Positions 60,798-64,000 of a stretch of 64,000 bases of DNA are shown here, piece by piece (positions within the stretch are counted from its first letter, which is position 1; every line of letters begins with the position of its first letter). The stretch spans positions 191,236-255,235 of the forward strand of contig NW_004797307.1 in assembly GCF_000002075.1 (NCBI RefSeq), given 5' to 3'. Position numbers and translations under genes: made by a program. This DNA is from Aplysia californica. Taxonomy: Eukaryota. The notes below the pieces were generated by a model, which worked only from the letters and a program-made list of their open reading frames with translations, made no database searches and was not told where the DNA came from.

Positions 60798-63024
60798 TTT
60801 TGTGTCAGGTTAAACTTATTCGTGTTGTGTTTTCAGTTTACGCCCTCCAGACTCCAGAAAACAGTTCCATGGTACAATGCCACTATTTCGCGGACGTCAT
60901 GGTGGCCTAACCTCAACAATGGTTACACAACACACCGTTGACACACTACTTTTAGAAATGAAGAATTCTTGCAATACTATTCTGCAAACATACACCCAGC
61001 TACTCTCAAAGTATGCACAGCATTTTTACAATTCTACTGATATAAGATTTAACACACTATGCTACACAAAAGCCCAAGTATTTTCTGAAAAGGCTGCCTT
61101 CTGAAAATGTCAAAGCTCAAACGTATATTTATTTGCTCCTCTCCTTCAGGTCTACTCCTATAGCAGTATCAAGGTTGACTTACCTAAGCAGTGGTGGTAG
61201 TGGTAAAAAAAAGTTTTCTAACCTAAGCGATTGTGATATGACCCTGACATATTGTTATTGGTGTCTGACTTGTGACCATGATGTCTGTGGCGAGTGTGTC
61301 TCAAGGTGGATGTGATATTAAACCATTTTGCAGAGTTGTGAGAATTTCCGTTCTATGTATTGTACTGTGAAGCAGATTTGTGAGATGATTTTAATGTAGT
61401 ATTATAATGCTTGTGGTTCCAACTTTCCTTTGAATTGAACTGTGTACAGGTAATTAATGTGTTGTGTCACTTAGGACAGCTTCAAGCCATAAAGTAGGTT
61501 GTTGGCGGACGCAGAGCTGTGGTCTGCTCGTTCTGATTTTTTGTTTTAGTATAGCCTGATCTGTTCCTGGCAAAATGTGGCCGTAACTGTGTTGCCTCGT
61601 TGCAAACACACTCTTTGGAACATCACAGCAGCTGCAGCAAACCCGCACTTGTCTCTACATAGCGTTGGACAGAAGGGCGAGAGCCCAGCTATTGCTAGAT
61701 CGATGACTACAACAACTCATTGCAGACTACAGCTATCCACTGGGAGAAATGTGACCATTATCAAAGTTACCCTGTCACCTTTTCCCAGTGAGACGCCATA
61801 CAAACATGCTGATTTCTTACTTCTCCTCACGATTTCACCAGATAAGATGCATCTTTATTGTCCAGATCCTGGCACCAGCATGATATTGGTAAAGGATGAG
61901 GGATGGATTTGACTTCTTGCTCCAGGTGGTTAAGGTTTTTTTTGTTTTTGACACAAACTGATTTACCAGGATGTTTAGACGGCCCATTATGTATGTAGGG
62001 ACCAAAGAATTTAAATTGAGAATTTCAATTCATGGTGCTCTGGTGCAGAAGACCTCAGTTTGATCTTTTCTAGAATATACATATCTTTTTCCGTTTCCTT
62101 GTATGTGTCTTCGATTACTTCAGTCTTTCTCACCACTATTGTTACAAATACTGTATGACCAGTGATAAATTTATCTTAACCTATGAATTATTGAGTTTAT
62201 TCATTTTTGTGGAAGTACTCGTTCTGTCTCTTGAAAACGGACGTTTGGTGAATGTTTTGGTCTGTTCTGCTCTTTCTTCTTTTGCGTGTTGGGTTTTCCT
62301 ATACTATTCCTTGTGTATGTGTTATTATTGAAATGACCTGATGTACATTGTACTGTACAATATTCACATTTTTTCTGAGAAAAAAAATGTGTTGGGACCT
62401 AGAAAGAGGAAATGAAATCTGAATACAATTCTTGGGTGATTGGCAGGTGCTCTTGTGTGGTTTTCTCCTTCTTTCCAATAAAACATCTACTGTCCTTATC
62501 TCTCCTTCTTTTTTGTGTTTGTTACTCCCTTGTAACACTTCTAATCTTTGGCACTTGTATAACCTAATTGTGTTGCAAGTGCTGTAAACCTCTTATTAAA
62601 ACTAAAGATCTAGATGCCAGATAATTACTCTGATGATTCGATCGTTCCGCCTTTACTCCAAGAACAGCTCGTCGCCTCAGAACTATTTTGTCCAAAGTGC
62701 CTCCTTACTATTACTAAAGTACACTTTGGACTAAATAGTTCCGAGGTGACGAGCTGCCAAAGTAATTTTACGAGACTTTTTTTGGTTTCTCTTTGGTGAC
62801 ATCTGTGGTAGCCACTGATGGACCCCACAATTTAACCATCTGTCTGTTGTCTGTTAGGCTTTTCCCAGCTCTGAGAGTCAAAGTGCTTCTTTCCAGCTCA
62901 ACAAATTAGTCATAATCATTTATAATTCCACTTTGACAAAAATGAGGAAGCAAAACAGCAGCTTGTTAATTTAATAATATTCAAGGGGACTGATAAGTCT
63001 TATGTTCGATTTGACGACAGCGGC

Positions 63025-63260
63025 ATCTGTGATGTAGCAGTTAGGCACTTATGCACTCCACTGTTGCACACAGGAGACCTGAATTCGATCCTGAGTGGGG
63101 AGAAATTTTTATCAAATATGTCGGTCTTTCAGTGAGGATGTTGCATCCCTCTGTCCGGGTTGGTCATGACAGGCAGGATCAGATTAATCAGAAACCCGCC
63201 TCCAAAATGATCTAAATTGTGTCAATGGGGATGTAAAGACACCTACATTTAAAAAAGAAA
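63025..63260 (+). mobile_element. tRNA-derived SINE (family B)
   Basis: GTAGCAGTTAGG head, GAATTCGATCC B-box-like motif and A-rich tail. Homologous to 22985-23160. Confidence 0.65.
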
Positions 63261-63581
63261 AAAAATATGGTTAATGTGTTTCGCCTCCATTAGAACAATT
63301 TGGTTAGACCATTTAGGAGGTGGGCTGTCTCAAACTGGCCTGTCACTAGTGTCAGGGCCAAGCTGGACAGAGTAGGACACAGCATACCACTGAACCGACA
63401 GATACCTCATAGAATGACTTCCCCACTTAAAAGTACTTAACTCTTAGTCTTACACCACATGTCAGTTATCTTGTTCTTTTTCACGCGAGTGGAAGGGAAA
63501 AGATGCAAGTGAATTTTGCTGATTATACAAGCCTAACTAAGTTTAAGCATACCATACTCAAATATGCTTAAGCGGGAGGGT

Positions 63582-64000
63582 GGGCTCCCATGGCCTAGAA
63601 GTTAAAGTATTCGCCTCTCATTCAATAGGTCCCGGGTTTAAATTCGGATAGCCACAGACAATTTTCTTCTCTAAATTGTCTCCTTTCACCTTCTTAACTG
63701 CTCTCAAGCAGTCTGTCGTCTGCTTTCGTCTCCACTTTCTGCCCTCACCTCCTCTGCCCCCTCCTCTGGGCTCCTGACTCTTTCTGCAGCCTTTCTACTG
63801 CTACTCCTTGGCTCTTTCTTACTGCTGTCTTTCAGCCACACCCTTGATCTTATGGTAGGAAGGATCTACACCGAGCCTTCTCGGACAAGGGCAGAAAATC
63901 AGGGAGGTCCTGTGTGCAAATTGCGCACGTTAAAGATTCCTTGGTGGTCCAAAATCAATAAGAGTAGGCTTCGTCCGCCACCCAGGCAAAATCAAAATTT
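63582..64000 (+). mobile_element. tRNA-derived SINE (family A), runs off the window
   Basis: GGGCTCCCATGGCCTAGAAGTTAAAG..GGGTTTAAATTC head and GCGCACGTTAAAGATTCC. Homologous to 6788-7225. Confidence 0.75.

Noticed and set aside
61400-61920. Additional coding exon or LINE fragment
   Set aside because: No convincing motif or splice context; too degenerate to call.
63582-63660. tRNA gene (also ~6790, ~30535, ~39130, ~60355, ~63030)
   Set aside because: Only degenerate A/B boxes with no full cloverleaf, each followed by a shared SINE body.

Overview
This is an AT-rich eukaryotic (metazoan) genomic scaffold window with five N-gaps. The repeat repertoire suggests an invertebrate, probably a mollusc/gastropod (inference). 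I reconstructed two complete multi-exon housekeeping genes on the + strand, with consistent intron phases and GT-AG boundaries. The first is a GGA clathrin adaptor (VHS-GAT-hinge-GAE; 17 coding exons, 13288-35841, 719 aa). The second is RINT1/TIP20 (14 coding exons, 42984-54779, 776 aa), whose intron 4 has U12 (minor spliceosome) signals. The rest is mostly transposon material: a bounded Sola1-like element with a 228-bp subterminal array, several piggyBac-type TTAA elements, L2, RNase H-containing and RTE LINEs, tRNA-derived SINEs and MITEs. Downstream of RINT1 there is a nested stack of a LINE ORF1 fragment, piggyBac, a P-element (THAP) and a hAT element. I found no CRISPR, rRNA or bona fide tRNA, and no convincing new multi-gene system. 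The most interesting items are the U12 intron, a near-identical ~80-bp hairpin duplicated in two RINT1 introns, tandem repeats overlapping splice sites, and the transposon architecture.
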